DNA from: Eledone cirrhosa
Lineage: Eukaryota
Assembly (NCBI GenBank): GCA_964016885.1
Contig: OZ024750.1
Location: 17,360,001 to 17,424,000, forward strand
DNA: 64,000 nt
Direction: 5' to 3'
Shown here: one piece after another, positions 11,801-24,578 of the stretch
How positions within the stretch are numbered: the first letter of the stretch is position 1
How the letters are laid out: every line of letters begins with the position of its first letter
The notes under the pieces: model-generated
Seen by the model: the letters and a program-made list of their open reading frames with translations, nothing else
What the model was told of the DNA's origin: nothing
Database searches by the model: none
Translations under genes and position numbers: made by a program

Positions 11801-12304
11801 GATCAGGTACTTGAGGCTTTTGCACCCCCCGCTCCTATCAGATACTCCCACACAATCCCAGCGTGCTTCTAAGATGCCATTCCAATCCCCTATTAACAGT
11901 AAAGGGCGAGACGTAAGCAGAAAGTTTTCCAGGCGCCTAAAGAAGTCCGGTCGACCGGCCCCAGTAGGGGCGTAGACGGCCACCAGTCTAAAGGCACCAC
12001 CTTCGCTATTGCTCACGTCCAGGACCACCAACTTTCCGTCAGGATCCCGGAAGATTGACCTTACCTCGAGATCCAGACATTTCCTAAACAGCACAGCCAC
12101 TCCACCTCCCATTCCCGGCCGACTAACAGATGCAAAGATCTGATAATCGTCGAAAATCGGCGCCAGTGCGCGTGTGTCGGAAATTCTGGTCTCGCTGATG
12201 GCAATTACATCCATTCCTAGTGACCTGAGGTCGTTGAGCAAGTGACCTTGCTTCCAGGGCGACCCCAGGCCACGAACATTTAAACTTCCTACTCTTATGG
12301 CCAT
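8885..12304 (-). CDS. ORF2 APE-RT, copy 2
   Basis: 1139 aa; differs from copy 1 at GPVFRS vs GPVYRS. Confidence 0.97.
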   Translation of the reverse strand: MAIRVGSLNVRGLGSPWKQGHLLNDLRSLGMDVIAISETRISDTRALAPIFDDYQIFASVSRPGMGGGVAVLFRKCLDLEVRSIFRDPDGKLVVLDVSNSEGGAFRLVAVYAPTGAGRPDFFRRLENFLLTSRPLLLIGDWNGILEARWDCVGVSDRSGGCKSLKYLISQFQLSDRYRLDFPNAPVWTWTNRIGSSRSYIDRIFIRKRDRNSVGCPHFKTVAYSDHKLVICMVDLDKTRRLGPSYWKLNMSFPARKAYRDRVNNLVKQKLTGGVVNNRWWGALKREIRATSIGFSKEVAIEKNRKEEGLIAKLDEAICSGIATDVLAARMALDHFFNAKHEGCIVRAKARALRNEGTKAARWARFAETQRGNKTTIRSLTDRDGHELSDSKQMCEAFRQHFARLFGRMGESETAADFSPYLDGLPRLSTADAERCEEPITSAEIQDALVGCSSRKSPGLDGLPYELYVNMPDLFSDLLEALYCNWQQNGSIPSSVSRGVVTLIRKDENKRDTLDNFRPITLLNTEFKILAKVLAKRLALVVKDLVGEAQTCAIPTRSIHDNLHLMRYIIERVGCKPGFGGALINLDQSKAFDRVDHRYLEAVLEAAGFGPVYRSWIAAMYSGIRSVVKVNGHLSEPFQISRSVRQGCPLSSLLYVLTLEPLLRKLELLQGIPLEPGRRKAASAYADDITVMVSDTSEIEVIRTHLEEYERLTGAKLNPEKSVGLQLGTWRGKSMPSNSVVGRWTDGPVKLLGVWFGPDLQVDKNWDEVTSRIANLTQKWAERKLSLKGRAEVANAYIASVIYYRLTVVPCPRPRLANLERLLFKFLWRGRVPLVRRSICCQHPLRGGLGMPWLMMRRHALRLRHLQIFCLNGEQVWSPFVRRAFPQLISLTELQSWVKKRPRLGDWHLECCQALTALCKVGNAVSGTSTQDFYRGLVEGKCDDVLGEALGVNEVELTSMFRRTFEPGTMDNFQKSLAWQCYRGALPVRDKLYRHGSAVRRTCPRCAQSDETVLHALVQCPCIADLWGYVEQLLSRVERIRLSSESIVKIDPPPSFGQEGQAIFLCLVAVAKEVAWWTRLKGLKTDTFLFGQSLINFFKFHLERKVRVEREVLPPSTFTERWVNVARMARVSGPTLIMRL

Positions 12305-12333
12305 GCTGGCAGGATGAATGGGAGAGGAAAGGT

Positions 12334-14244
12334 TTACTTACCTTCCGGGGTCTTGTGAAGGTCGGGTGGTTCGACCTCCATGGTTTGTGGGGTTTCTTTT
12401 GGGAACCCCTTTAATAGTCTTGACGTGGGTTTTACGTTCGGGGTTCCCACATCCCGAGGAAAGCTCTTTCGAATTTCTTTGTATGAAGCGAGCGACATTC
12501 GCATCAGAAGCAAATTATCTGGTACGCGAAATGTGCTCGCTTCAAATGTTTCCCCGTCTTTTTCGATGTTTGTGCTTCGTGCTACATGGGCCATCAATTC
12601 CTTGTTGGCCCTTCTGGCAAGCACGAAGTTTTTAATGTTTTGTTGCTCGGGTTTTATTTGTTCGTGTGATTGTGGTGGTGATAGCTTTGTTAGTGTTGTT
12701 TCTATTGTGTCTGCGTTTGTTGTGGGTGGGGTGTCTGTAGTTTCTGATGTTTGTGTGTCTATTTGTTCTTGTGTCTGTTTAGCTTGTTTGCGTTTGGGGG
12801 ATTTTGGTGGTTGTGTTGGTGATGCTGTGGGGAAAATGTTTGTGTGGGTGGTGTGTGTATTTTTTTTTGTGGGGGTGTTTGTGCTTTGTGGATTTCTTTT
12901 TTTTTTGTGTTTTGTTTTTTGTATTTTGGGGGACTTTGGTTTTCCCTCATCTTCACTGCTGGAGGATGAGGGGTCTGTGGCTGTGAGCGTGTTTGTGTCT
13001 GAGTGAGTGTTTATGTTCTTGTTCGTGTGTGTATTTTGGGGGGGAGGGGGAATGGGAGAGCTTTCCTCGTTTCCCCCCTGGGTGTGCAATTTTGGTGGTT
13101 CCATTGTTGACGGTGTTGCTGGTGGTCCTTGTCCCGGCGTCGCCAGCAGTGGAATCTTTCGACCCCTTGCGCTTTTCGGCAGTTGAGGGCAGAAGGCTCG
13201 CAGGTGTGTCGTTTCCCCACAAAGGAAACAATGCGGCCTTTTGCCCTCAGTCATTATATGCAACACCCTCCCGTTTTGGAGGCGGATGTGGTCCGGGATT
13301 GTTTTTACGTTTTCGGGTCTGATTTGGAGCAGTATCTCCAGATCAACCCCGGACCAGTCGTCCCTGGCAGTTCTCGTTGCCTCTACCGGGACTGTATCCG
13401 TTCCTTCCACGATTACGCAACCCAGGAGCCACCACATATCAAGTCCTGGTGGAATCCTGGGAATGCGCACACGTGCTATTCGTTTTCCCATGTGGGAGGG
13501 GTACATTATGACCTTGCTGGTTTTGCAAGGGGTCATTGAATGCTTCACAGCGAGGGCTTCAGACTTGAACAGCACCGAAACGGTGCCGTATTGCCTGCCC
13601 CTCTCTATGAAGTCTGTGTCCTCTCTGATGTATTTCAGTGCGGCTTCTATGTCAGCTTGGGCGATTATCGCTGCCCTCTTTGTCTCTACTGAGATGCATC
13701 TGAAATGCACCGTTCTTTTTTCCACTGCCTCAATGGCTTCTGCCGGGACAGTTAAGTTTGCCCAGGTCTGCTCTTGATTTATGATTTTCCAGGCCTGGGC
13801 CAACTTTTCCTCTCTGTTGGTTAAGTCGATGCTGTAGCATGGTCTCCTTTTAGCCGCTGCCACAGCAGCGAAAGTGTTCTTGTTGGTGTTGTCACTGTTG
13901 TTGTTCTTGTTGGTGTTGCTGCTGCTATTGCTGTTGTTGTTCTCCCCTGTGTCGTGGTTACCTTCTGTGCTGTTGGCCTTGTTGGTGCTGCTGCTGTCGC
14001 TACTATTACTCTCTGTGCTGTTCGTTTTGTTGGTGCTCTCGCTATTACCACCTTCTGCGCTGTTCGGCTTGTTGGTGTTGGTGTTGTCGCTGTTACCACC
14101 TTCCGCGCCGCTCGGCCCGTTGGTGCTGGCACTGTCGCTGCTCACATTCGTGCTGGTGGCGCTCCTCGCCTCACCTCTCCTCTCAACGCTCAAGTCGCCG
14201 TTGCACGACAGCAGACCCGCCTCTAGGGGGCGTGGCTCCGCCAT
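12334..14244 (-). CDS. ORF1 CCHC protein, copy 2
   Basis: Same 636-aa translation as copy 1. Confidence 0.9.
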   Translation of the reverse strand: MAEPRPLEAGLLSCNGDLSVERRGEARSATSTNVSSDSASTNGPSGAEGGNSDNTNTNKPNSAEGGNSESTNKTNSTESNSSDSSSTNKANSTEGNHDTGENNNSNSSSNTNKNNNSDNTNKNTFAAVAAAKRRPCYSIDLTNREEKLAQAWKIINQEQTWANLTVPAEAIEAVEKRTVHFRCISVETKRAAIIAQADIEAALKYIREDTDFIERGRQYGTVSVLFKSEALAVKHSMTPCKTSKVIMYPSHMGKRIARVRIPRIPPGLDMWWLLGCVIVEGTDTVPVEATRTARDDWSGVDLEILLQIRPENVKTIPDHIRLQNGRVLHIMTEGKRPHCFLCGETTHLRAFCPQLPKSARGRKIPLLATPGQGPPATPSTMEPPKLHTQGGNEESSPIPPPPQNTHTNKNINTHSDTNTLTATDPSSSSSEDEGKPKSPKIQKTKHKKKRNPQSTNTPTKKNTHTTHTNIFPTASPTQPPKSPKRKQAKQTQEQIDTQTSETTDTPPTTNADTIETTLTKLSPPQSHEQIKPEQQNIKNFVLARRANKELMAHVARSTNIEKDGETFEASTFRVPDNLLLMRMSLASYKEIRKSFPRDVGTPNVKPTSRLLKGFPKETPQTMEVEPPDLHKTPEGK

Positions 14245-14499
14245 GTTTTTTTGAGAAAAAAATTATTATTTTTTTTCAAAATAAAGTTCAAATATTTGGG
14301 CCAAAAGGCCCAAATATTATGAGTTATTCCTTCACAGGATACAAATTAATGTCTTATAATGCTTCAGCGGTACAAAAAATAAACAATTCTCTACAATTAA
14401 TCCTCAAAAATTGCTTACTCACGGAGCTTCAAAAAACGTACATCCACTTTCGTCAATAATAATAATAATAATAATACTAAAGCGTCGCTGCTCCTACTC

Positions 14500-14655
14500 T
14501 TTCTACTTTTGGCACAAGGCCAGCAATTAACGCCAGTGCATTACTGGTACTTTATTTTATTGACCCGTAAGGATGAAAGGCAAAGTTAACCTCGGCGGTA
14601 TTTGAACTCAAATCGTAAAGGGGCGTAACTCTATGTTGTAAAGCATGGCGTCAGA
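14500..14655 (-). mobile_element. tRNA-derived SINE (abundant family)
   Basis: Reverse complement of gagttcaaat..ccgccgaggttaactttgcctttcatccttacggg-tc-ataaaataaagtaccag. Confidence 0.85.
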
Positions 14656-14830
14656 TCTTAATACTAATACTACTAGCTCCACTACTTATTACCTCTGCCC
14701 CTGGCACACCACACTGTTTTCTCTTCAGTTAAGCAATCAGACGATAGTCCATAAGCGGCCTCACATTGCAAAAGCAAAACAAAAATGCACCAACCAATAC
14801 AAACAGCAAATATAAGCAGAGCAAGATGTA

Positions 14831-15366
<536 letters not shown>

Positions 15367-15377
15367 TGCAGAGCATA

Positions 15378-16072
15378 TTTGCCTTTCATCCTTACAGGGT
15401 CGATAAAATAAAGTACCAGTAATGCACTGGGTAATTGCTGGCCTTGTGCCAAAAGTAGAAACAATTATTATGTTTATTCATTTATAGGGTGGTGGATTGG
15501 CAGCATCGATAGAGGGACGGACGCCATGATTTGCAGCATAGAGTTACGGCCCTTTATGATCTAAGTTCAAATCCCGCCGAGGTTAACTTTGCCTTTCATC
15601 CTTACGGAGGTCGATAAAATAAAGTACCAGTCACGCACTGGGATCGATTTAATCCTCCCAAATTGCTGGCCTTGTGCCTATATAAGAAACCATTATTATG
15701 TTTATTAAGGGGCGGTGGATTGGCAGTATCGGTAGAGGGTCGGACGCCATGCTTTCCAGCATAGTTACGTCCCTTTACGATCTGAGTTCAAATCCCGCCG
15801 AGGTTGACTTTGCCTTTCATCCTTACGGGGTCGATAAAATAAAGTACCAGTAATGCACTGGGTGATTGCTGGCCTTGTGCCTATATAAGAAACCATTATT
15901 ATGTTTATTTATTGTATAGGGGCATCGTGGCGGCAAATTAGCAGAGTCGTTAGAACCTCGGATAGAATGCTTTATGGTATTCGTTCCGGCTTCAAATCCC
16001 GCCGAGGTCAACTTTGCCTTTCATCCTTTCGAGGTCGATAAAAAAAAGTACCAGTCTAATACTGGGGTCGAT
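15378..16072 (+). mobile_element. Cluster of ~4 tandem copies of the abundant tRNA-derived SINE
   Basis: Repeated head ggtggattggcagtatcggtagag, B-box-like gagttcaaatccc and conserved core gcctttcatccttacggggtcgataaaataaagtaccag. Confidence 0.88.
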
Positions 16073-16251
16073 TCTTCCTCAATATCTCTTTTTCATTTTC
16101 CCCTCTCTCACTTTCTATCTTTCTCTGGAAAACATCTACAGTACTTAGACAGAGAGATGAACTCCGCCAGGCTTAAAATGGCCAAGAAACACCGTATGTC
16201 ACTACGGCGTCCCCTATCAGGAGTTACGGGACCATACATACATATATACAT

Positions 16252-16498
16252 ATGGAACAAACTACCTGCATCAGTTGTTAGCTGTCGAGACACTGCATCC
16301 TTTAAGGCCTCCATGCTTCCCGAGATCCGCCAACACTACAGCTAATGTTCCCCCTCCATACACATACACACATGTATACCATGACTCAGACACTATTCAC
16401 TTCCCTGACATTTGTGTATTATTCTATGTACTATACATACACCTTTGACGAGTTGTAGTGCACCTGAGCACTTTACACAATAATTTCATTATTATTTA
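16252..16498 (+). mobile_element. CR1/L2-type LINE 3' fragment
   Basis: Encodes WNKLPASVVSCRDTASFK, typical of CR1-group ORF2 ends, followed by UTR and cattatta tail. Confidence 0.7.
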
Positions 16499-16504
16499 TA
16501 CATA

Positions 16505-16700
16505 GAGGCGTCGGTTGGTAGAAACGTAGGCGAGTCGGACAACATGCTTTACATCATATAATTACGCAATACATTCTGAATTCAAATTCTGCCGTGGGTA
16601 ACTTTGCATTTTGTCATTACAGGGTCGATAAAATAAAGCAACAGGGATCGATTTAATCGACTTCCCCCTTCCTATCAAATTGCTGGCCTTGTGCCAACAA
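16505..16700 (+). mobile_element. SINE copy (diverged)
   Basis: Same core as the other copies. Confidence 0.75.
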
Positions 16701-17075
16701 TTTTAAAGAGTAAGTCGATAATAGTATGGTGTGATTTGTACAGCTGTAGTGTTGGTGGTTCTGCTTGTTTCGTTCAATAAATATTACGACTTCAGGTATT
16801 CAGCATATTTATCTAAATATCGTTTTCTTTATCTCTTATTTATTTTACTTCTCTTATTTGGTAGCCATCTTGTTGAGTCGTTCTAAGAAAGTTTATTTCG
16901 TGGTGCTTTGTCGTAAGTTATTTTTAGTCATAAAACACCATTGGTAATAGTCTAAATTGTTGGTTTCTCTTTAGTAAGTTGATTAAATTGAGGTCTGGTT
17001 ATATATAATTACCTAGTCTTTCTCTTGGCTCATTTAAAAGAGAATAAATCTTGTGGTATAAAATGTCAGTCTGTG

Positions 17076-18075
<1,000 letters not shown>

Positions 18076-18529
18076 TTGAAGAGATCATGAGGGTCCTTGT
18101 TACGTGTTGTTTATGTTTAGTAGGGTTATAATATTTTCATAATATTTGTGCGTTCAACAAATCCCGCTGAAGGCAGCTTTGTCTTTCATCCTTCAGAGGC
18201 CTATAAAATAAAGTACCAACTAAATACTGGGTTTGATTTAATTACCTTTGACTTTGGAGTCCTTAAGCCTAAATTATATCTCATCTCCCACTTGTCGGTC
18301 AAACAGGCATACACACATACAGTCACATAGACAAATGAACGGATAAAGTTCCCATAACTCCTTGTGGAGTCGTAGAGGTACCGTCATACGGCATCTCTAG
18401 GCTAGGGCACTTTTAAACCTGGCGGAGCCCAACCCTCTATAGAAGAAGAATTGACTGCAATACTGGACTGGACTGATACTTTCTTTATCCACCTCGAAAG
18501 GATGAAAGAAGTGTCTAGGATACTAATTC

Positions 18530-18607
18530 ATCACCCACTGATGAGCTTGGATTGGTAATTCTATTCACAATTAACATTGCGAAACAACAACAAGTTGTCT
18601 GGGTGAT
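18530..18607 (+). ncRNA. Type I hammerhead ribozyme
   Basis: atcaccca-CTGATGA-gc...gc-GAAA-caac aacaa gttg-TC-tgggtgat: 8-bp stem I, intact core, stem III, GUC site. Confidence 0.8.
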
Positions 18608-18965
18608 TGGTAGTTACCACAATTCCGGTCTGTATTTATTTTCTTAATTTTTTCTTAAATTGAGACAAGCAAACCCAATTGTCTATAGTTAGTATTCTTT
18701 TCACCTTAGCGAATCCGGCCCCTTACGATTTGAACACATATATGTATATATCTGTGTTCGTTTTTCTTTTTCTTTTATATTCTATTATAATATACATATA
18801 CATAAATATATGACACTGTCTTTCTCTCTTTGTGTAGTAGAATGTTTACCCCCCCCCCCCTCTATATATATCTATCTATCTACTTATCTATCTCCATCTC
18901 TGTCACTCTTTCTCCTTTCTCCAGTTCCTCTTCTCCCTACCCCTTTCCCCATTTCCCCCACCCCC

Positions 18966-19001
<36 letters not shown>

Positions 19002-19383
19002 GTTATCTTTTTTTCAAATACCACTTTGGAAGAAGAATCAGGATGGAGAGAGAGGTGCTGTACCCCAGCAAGTTTTATGAAAGGTGGGTGAAAGTGGCGA
19101 GAATGGCCCGAGTGAATGGGCCTTCTCTCTATATCAGCCTGTAGGTTGAGGAAAAGGAGGAGGAGAGGAAAGGAGTACAAGCTTTTCGTACTCCTGGAGA
19201 TGAGGGTTGCACATTTTTTTTCGGGGGTATGTGTTACCCATATAAACTGTCTCCCTCTATTGGGGAAAATCGACTAACTTTTAAATTCCATCTGTGATAA
19301 CATTTTACACGTTTTTATTGTATGTAAACTTCCCCCTTTGTATTTGTCCCCTTCTTTTGTGCCCCTGTGGCTAATAAAGAAAT
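19002..19383 (+). mobile_element. 5'-truncated Tx1 family B1 copy in (CTAT)n
   Basis: Encodes FFKYHFGRRIRMEREVLYPSKFYERWVKVARMARVNG, homologous to the ORF2 C-terminus; AATAAA then (TATC)n; preceded by (CTAT)n. Confidence 0.88.
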
Positions 19384-19543
19384 ATATCTATCTATCTAGT
19401 TATCTTATCTCTGTCACTCTTTCTCCGGTTCCTCTTCTCCCTACCCTTTTCTACCCCCCCCCCTCTCTATCTATCTACCTATCTATCTCCATCTCTGCTA
19501 CAGTTTCTCTTCTCCCTACTTCTTTCTCCCCCACCCCCACCCC

Positions 19544-19594
<51 letters not shown>

Positions 19595-19595
<1 letters not shown>

Positions 19596-19732
19596 GTGGC
19601 GCCTCCCCGTTATTGGGGATTTCGATTGTTGAAATTGTTTGTTTTTATATTTTTTACACGACTGTATGTAAAATCCCCGGCATGTCTTTGTATTGTCCCC
19701 TTTCTTGTTGCGCCCTTGTGGCTAATAAAGAA

Positions 19733-19734
<2 letters not shown>
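19595..19734 (+). mobile_element. 5'-truncated Tx1 family B2 3' UTR in (CTAT)n
   Basis: Matches 36228-36367; flanked by (TCTA)n. Confidence 0.82.
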
Positions 19735-19773
<39 letters not shown>

Positions 19774-19944
19774 GTTATCTTATCTATGTCATTCTTTCTC
19801 CACTTCCCCCTCTCCCTACTCCTCCAGGCCATACTATACACAGTAATATCGATAAAACGTGAATACAACATAGATTCATTTTGTGATTCCGTGCTCTTTA
19901 AGCTGTAGTTCTCTTCCATTTTCTAGTTTGTATTTAACTAGTGA

Positions 19945-20033
19945 TATGTGTGTGTGTGAGTTTATGTGTGCATTTCTGCGTATGTATTTGCTTAGCTATA
20001 TATATATAAGTATGCCTGTGTGTGTGTGTGTGT

Positions 20034-20094
<61 letters not shown>

Positions 20095-20611
20095 TGTGTG
20101 TGTCTGTGTGTGTCTGTGTGTGTGTGTATGTGTGTGTGTGTGTATGTCTGTGTGTGTGTGTGTGTCTGTGTGTGTGTCTGTATGTGTGTGTGTGTGTCTG
20201 TGTGTGTACATATTTGACTAGCTATGTATGTGTGTGTTTGTATGTATATGTGTGTGTGTGTGTGTGTGTCTGTCTGTGTGTGTGTGTGTCTGTCTGTGTG
20301 TGTGCATGTGTGTGTGTGTGTGCCTGTCTGTGTGTGTGTGTGTCTGTGTGTGTGTCTGTATGTGTGTGTGTGTGTCTGTGTGTGTACATATTTGACTAGC
20401 TATGTATGTGTGTGTTTGTATGTATATGTATTTCAGTAGTTGTAAATATGTATCTGTATTTGTGTATATACTATGTATGTATGTGTGTGGATAGTTGTGT
20501 TTGCATGTGTGTGTGCGTCTGCCTGTATTTGTATGTATATTTATATATGTCTATGGCTATTTCTATGTATGCGTGTGTGCCTCTATTTCTGTGTATATAT
20601 ATATATCTATC

Positions 20612-20658
<47 letters not shown>

Positions 20659-20727
20659 GTGTGTGTAAGTACCTATTTCTTATGTAGGTATGTCTGTATC
20701 TCTGTATATGTGACGTTATATATATAC

Positions 20728-20811
<84 letters not shown>

Positions 20812-20836
20812 CTGTGTTTGTGTGTGAGTGTATGTG
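19945..20836. repeat. (TG)n/(TGTC)n-rich microsatellite with a local duplication ending gtacatatttgactagc
   Basis: Seen directly. Confidence 0.9.
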
Positions 20837-21129
20837 TGATGCAAGCTAAAGACATTTGTTTGGGAACCAGACGAATTCGATCTCTGTTTGAAAAAGAAAA
20901 ACATTTTTTTTTATAATTTTAACTCTTTATTCTTCTTTTTCACATTTTCATTCATTTTCTTCTTCCTTCTCTTCTCCTTCTTCTTGTTTTCCTTCTCTAT
21001 TTTAATTTCAAAATGACTTCCATTACATCGTGTTGAGAGTGTCTTTTAATTAAGACGAAATTGAGACTTTCATTTGAGATTAGCACCAGATGTGGCACAT
21101 AGCAGGGAAATATTGAACATTATTTCAAC

Positions 21130-21218
21130 AAGCACATCACAACGAAGACAGCAACAACGATAACAACAACAGTAACTACAACCATAACTACAACAACAAC
21201 AACGATGACAGCAACAAT

Positions 21219-21253
<35 letters not shown>

Positions 21254-21325
21254 CGACAAAAACAACGATGACAGCAACACCTATAACAACAGTAACTACA
21301 ACCACAACTACAACAATAACACAAC
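21130..21325. repeat. (CAA)n-like trinucleotide repeat
   Basis: Seen directly. Confidence 0.85.
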
Positions 21326-21859
21326 TGCAGGAACAGCATAAGAATCAAATATAACGGCACCTTTTGCTAGGAAGCGTAAGGTTAACTTTGGACCTGGAGT
21401 GGAGTTAACAAGCAAGTTCATTCTCTACAGACTGTATAAAGCGGGCCTTTTCTTTAATGAGCATTATTATCATAGACTCCAATCTCTTTATCTTGGAACT
21501 GTCCGCCCTATGACGACACTTATAATGCCCTTTTTCTCCGTGTATTTACCATGTTCTTTTTCGCTGTGATTCAGTTTGTAGTACTAGTACCTGAATACTC
21601 TTACAAAATATATCGTTGTTTCACCTAGTAAAATATATTTGAAAATGTTGATACAGAAGACTGATTTTCTTATTGAAAGAATGAGATGAAGAACCAGTTA
21701 TTTTGATAGACAGGTCTCTAAGTAACAAAAATTATAGATTTGTATTTAAATTTCTCAAATGTCCCTCCACATATTCACTCCTTTCAGGATGGCCTTTTCG
21801 CCTTTATCCGGGATATTAAATTCAAATAAACTTGAATTCCTTTCAGTGATGTTTAAATA

Positions 21860-22260
21860 GAATATATATGACATCTGTGATTCAAAAATTATCCAGGTTC
21901 ATTCAGGAAACCAACACGACTAGTTAAAGCTATCCACTTTCATAAACCTATAACTAATATTGAAGAATCTAAAATTGAGATCATTTTGTAAGCCAGAAAA
22001 ACTGTAATAAATTTCTATGAAAAACTTATTTTGATCTGATTGTGGGGGTTCGTGGCTCGATTGCAGTAATAGATCTAATATAGTCTAATAGGACTATACA
22101 TGCTAGTTAAACTCAAAGAGAGATTCCTAATTATTGAAGGCGGAATGCACCGAGAGGATGGCCTGTTAGCAACTAACTGTAATCCAGAATTATCTGTCAG
22201 TTTGGATTCTAACATTACCGTGGTTGACATCATTTTATAACACTTAATCTTGTAAATGAT
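21860..22260 (+). pseudogene. Decayed Penelope-like element reverse transcriptase fragment
   Basis: Manual translation gives YDICDS..., IEIIL*ARKTVINF, FDLIVGV...DLI, LIGLYMLVKLKERFLIIEGGMHREDGLL. This resembles the PLE RT series FDI.DFYPSI / HARKS / FDVTMGS.DGAE..DLVGLY.L / GGLYRDDGL. Confidence 0.6.
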
Positions 22261-22358
22261 CCCTGCTATCCTTCTCATAAATGCAACGAAACACTAATTT
22301 CATTTTTACGATTTCTAATAAACTCGCGTTTCAAACTCAATATTCGAGATAACTTTAT

Positions 22359-22409
<51 letters not shown>

Positions 22410-22410
22410 T

Positions 22411-24060
22411 ATTTCTTTTATTTGCCACTAGGGCATCAAAAGTGGGACAAGTACAAAGGGGGGAGTTTACACAAAAAGGCGTCCTCAATAAGGAGGAGGC
22501 AATAACAAAATATAAAAATAAAATAAGATATAACAAAAAATAAAATTTTTAACAAAATCCTCAATAGAGAGGAGGCGCCTTGGGGGGTCGCACACACCCC
22601 CGAAAAAAGTGTGCAACCCTTCTCCTCAGGAGCACAGAGAAGGGGTGCTCCCTTGGTCTTTCATCTTCCTCACCTATAGTCTGATGTAGAGTGAAGGCCC
22701 ATTCACACGGGCCATTCTCGCCACTTTCACCCATCTTTCATAAAAACGACTGGGGTGCAGCACCTCTCTCTCCATCCTGATCCTTCTTCCGAAATGATAT
22801 CGGAAGAAACGGACCAGTTGTTGGCCAGAGAGAAAGGTGCCTGACCTCAGTCCTTTCAGACGCGTCCACCATACAACCTCTTTCGCCATGGCTATTACGC
22901 ACAGAAACACCGCCTCTGCTTCATCTTTGAAGGGGGGAGGCGGCTTGATCATTACAATAGACTCGGTGGTCAACCGGATCGGTCCCACCCTTGACAGCAG
23001 TTGTTCGACATAGCCCCACAGATCGGCTACGCCCGAGCAGTGTACCAATGCGTGTGCAACGGTTTCCTCGTCGCACACGCATCTGGGACAGATCTTTTTG
23101 GCGGGGTCCCGACCCGGGCGCCCGTGTCTGTAGAGCCTTTCTCGAACGGGTAAAGCCCCTCGGTAGCACTGCCAGGCCAGGGACTTCTGGAAGTTGTCCA
23201 TAGGTCCTGGGCTGAATGTCCTACCGAACAGGCTGGCCAGTTCGTCCTCCTCCATGTCTATGGCTTCTCCGAGGGCGTCGTCGCACATGCTGCGTACCAG
23301 CCCTCTATAGAATGTTGCGGTGGAGTCTCCACTGATAACCGGATCCGCCTGCCAGAGGGCGGTGAGCGCCTGGGCACACTCAGTGTGCCAGGCGCCCAGT
23401 TTTCTCGGTCTTTGCTTGACCCAGGATTGCAGCTCGGTGAGTGAGACGAGTCTGGGAAAGGTTCGTCTCACAAACGAGGCCCACACCGGTTGTCCGGTGA
23501 GGAATACGTAGAGGTGCCGTAGCCTTAATGCGTGTTTACGCATCATTAGCCACGGCATCCCCAGCCCTCCTTTCGAAGGGTGTTGACAGCAGATGGATCT
23601 CCTCACCATAGGAGCCCGCCTCTTCCAAAGGAATTGGAAGAGCGCGCGCTCCATCTTGGTGAGGGTTTCCCTTGGGCAGGGCACTACGGTCAGGCGGTAG
23701 TAGATGACGGACGCTATGTAGGTGTTCGCCACTTCCGCCCGACCTTTCAGGGATAGTTTGCAACTGGCCCACTTCTGGGTCAGTGCAAACACCCTGTTCG
23801 TAACCTCCGCCCAGTTTTTCTCCACCTGGAGGTCCGGTCCGAACCAGACCCCGAGCAACTTCACCGGGCCCTCCGTCCAGCGTCCGACGACGCTATCGGA
23901 GGGCATCGGTCTGCCCCTCCACGTGCCGAGTTGCAAACCGATCGACTTGTCCCGGTTCAGCTTAGCCCCTGTGAACCTTTCGTACTCCTCCAGTAAGGTG
24001 CCGACCGCCTCGATTTCGGAGGCCGTCGACACCATTACTGTTACGTCATCGGCGTAGGCC
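22411..24060 (-). mobile_element. 5'-truncated Tx1 family C copy in (GATA)n with open ORF2 from AYADD to the stop at 22674
   Basis: ORF2 C-terminal half clearly homologous to, but diverged from, the full-length elements; both ends abut (GATA)n. Confidence 0.92.
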
Positions 24061-24102
24061 GATAGATAGATAGATAGATAGATATACATATACCTACATA
24101 TA

Positions 24103-24281
<179 letters not shown>

Positions 24282-24309
24282 TAGAGAATATGCTCCGAAA
24301 TCATTAGAC

Positions 24310-24397
24310 GTGTCCGACGAACCTGCGGGTCCAGAATCAGACAGATCCTCACAATGATCGCGTCTCGAGCTGTCCGCCGGCGAAACAATTGTAACAC
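24310..24397 (+). ncRNA. Degenerate minimal type I hammerhead-like motif
   Basis: gtgt-CCGACGA-a cctgcgg...ccgccgg c-GAAA-caattg-TA-acac; palindromic loop III; core U4 changed to C. Confidence 0.5.
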
Positions 24398-24520
24398 ACA
24401 ATAAATTGAGTTCAGATGCATCACTGATTTTTCGTTTTCTATTCTATCATATTCTGCTCTGTAAGAGCATAGAGTGCTCAACAGGCATACCGCCTATGGA
24501 AGCATCTTAGCTACCATCAG

Positions 24521-24578
<58 letters not shown>

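Larger units (their letters stand above)
8626..14454 (-). mobile_element. Full-length L1/Tx1-clade retrotransposon, copy 2 (tandem)
   Basis: Offset of 5847 bp from copy 1; I noticed only a few substitutions; separated from copy 1 by (AAT)6. Confidence 0.95.

Noticed and set aside
3235-14459. Short plus-strand ORFs overlapping the Tx1 ORFs
   Set aside because: Antisense shadows of the real coding frames; no motifs
15488-15900. SINE heads as tRNA genes
   Set aside because: Only A/B-box-like remnants, no cloverleaf, and multicopy with a shared body
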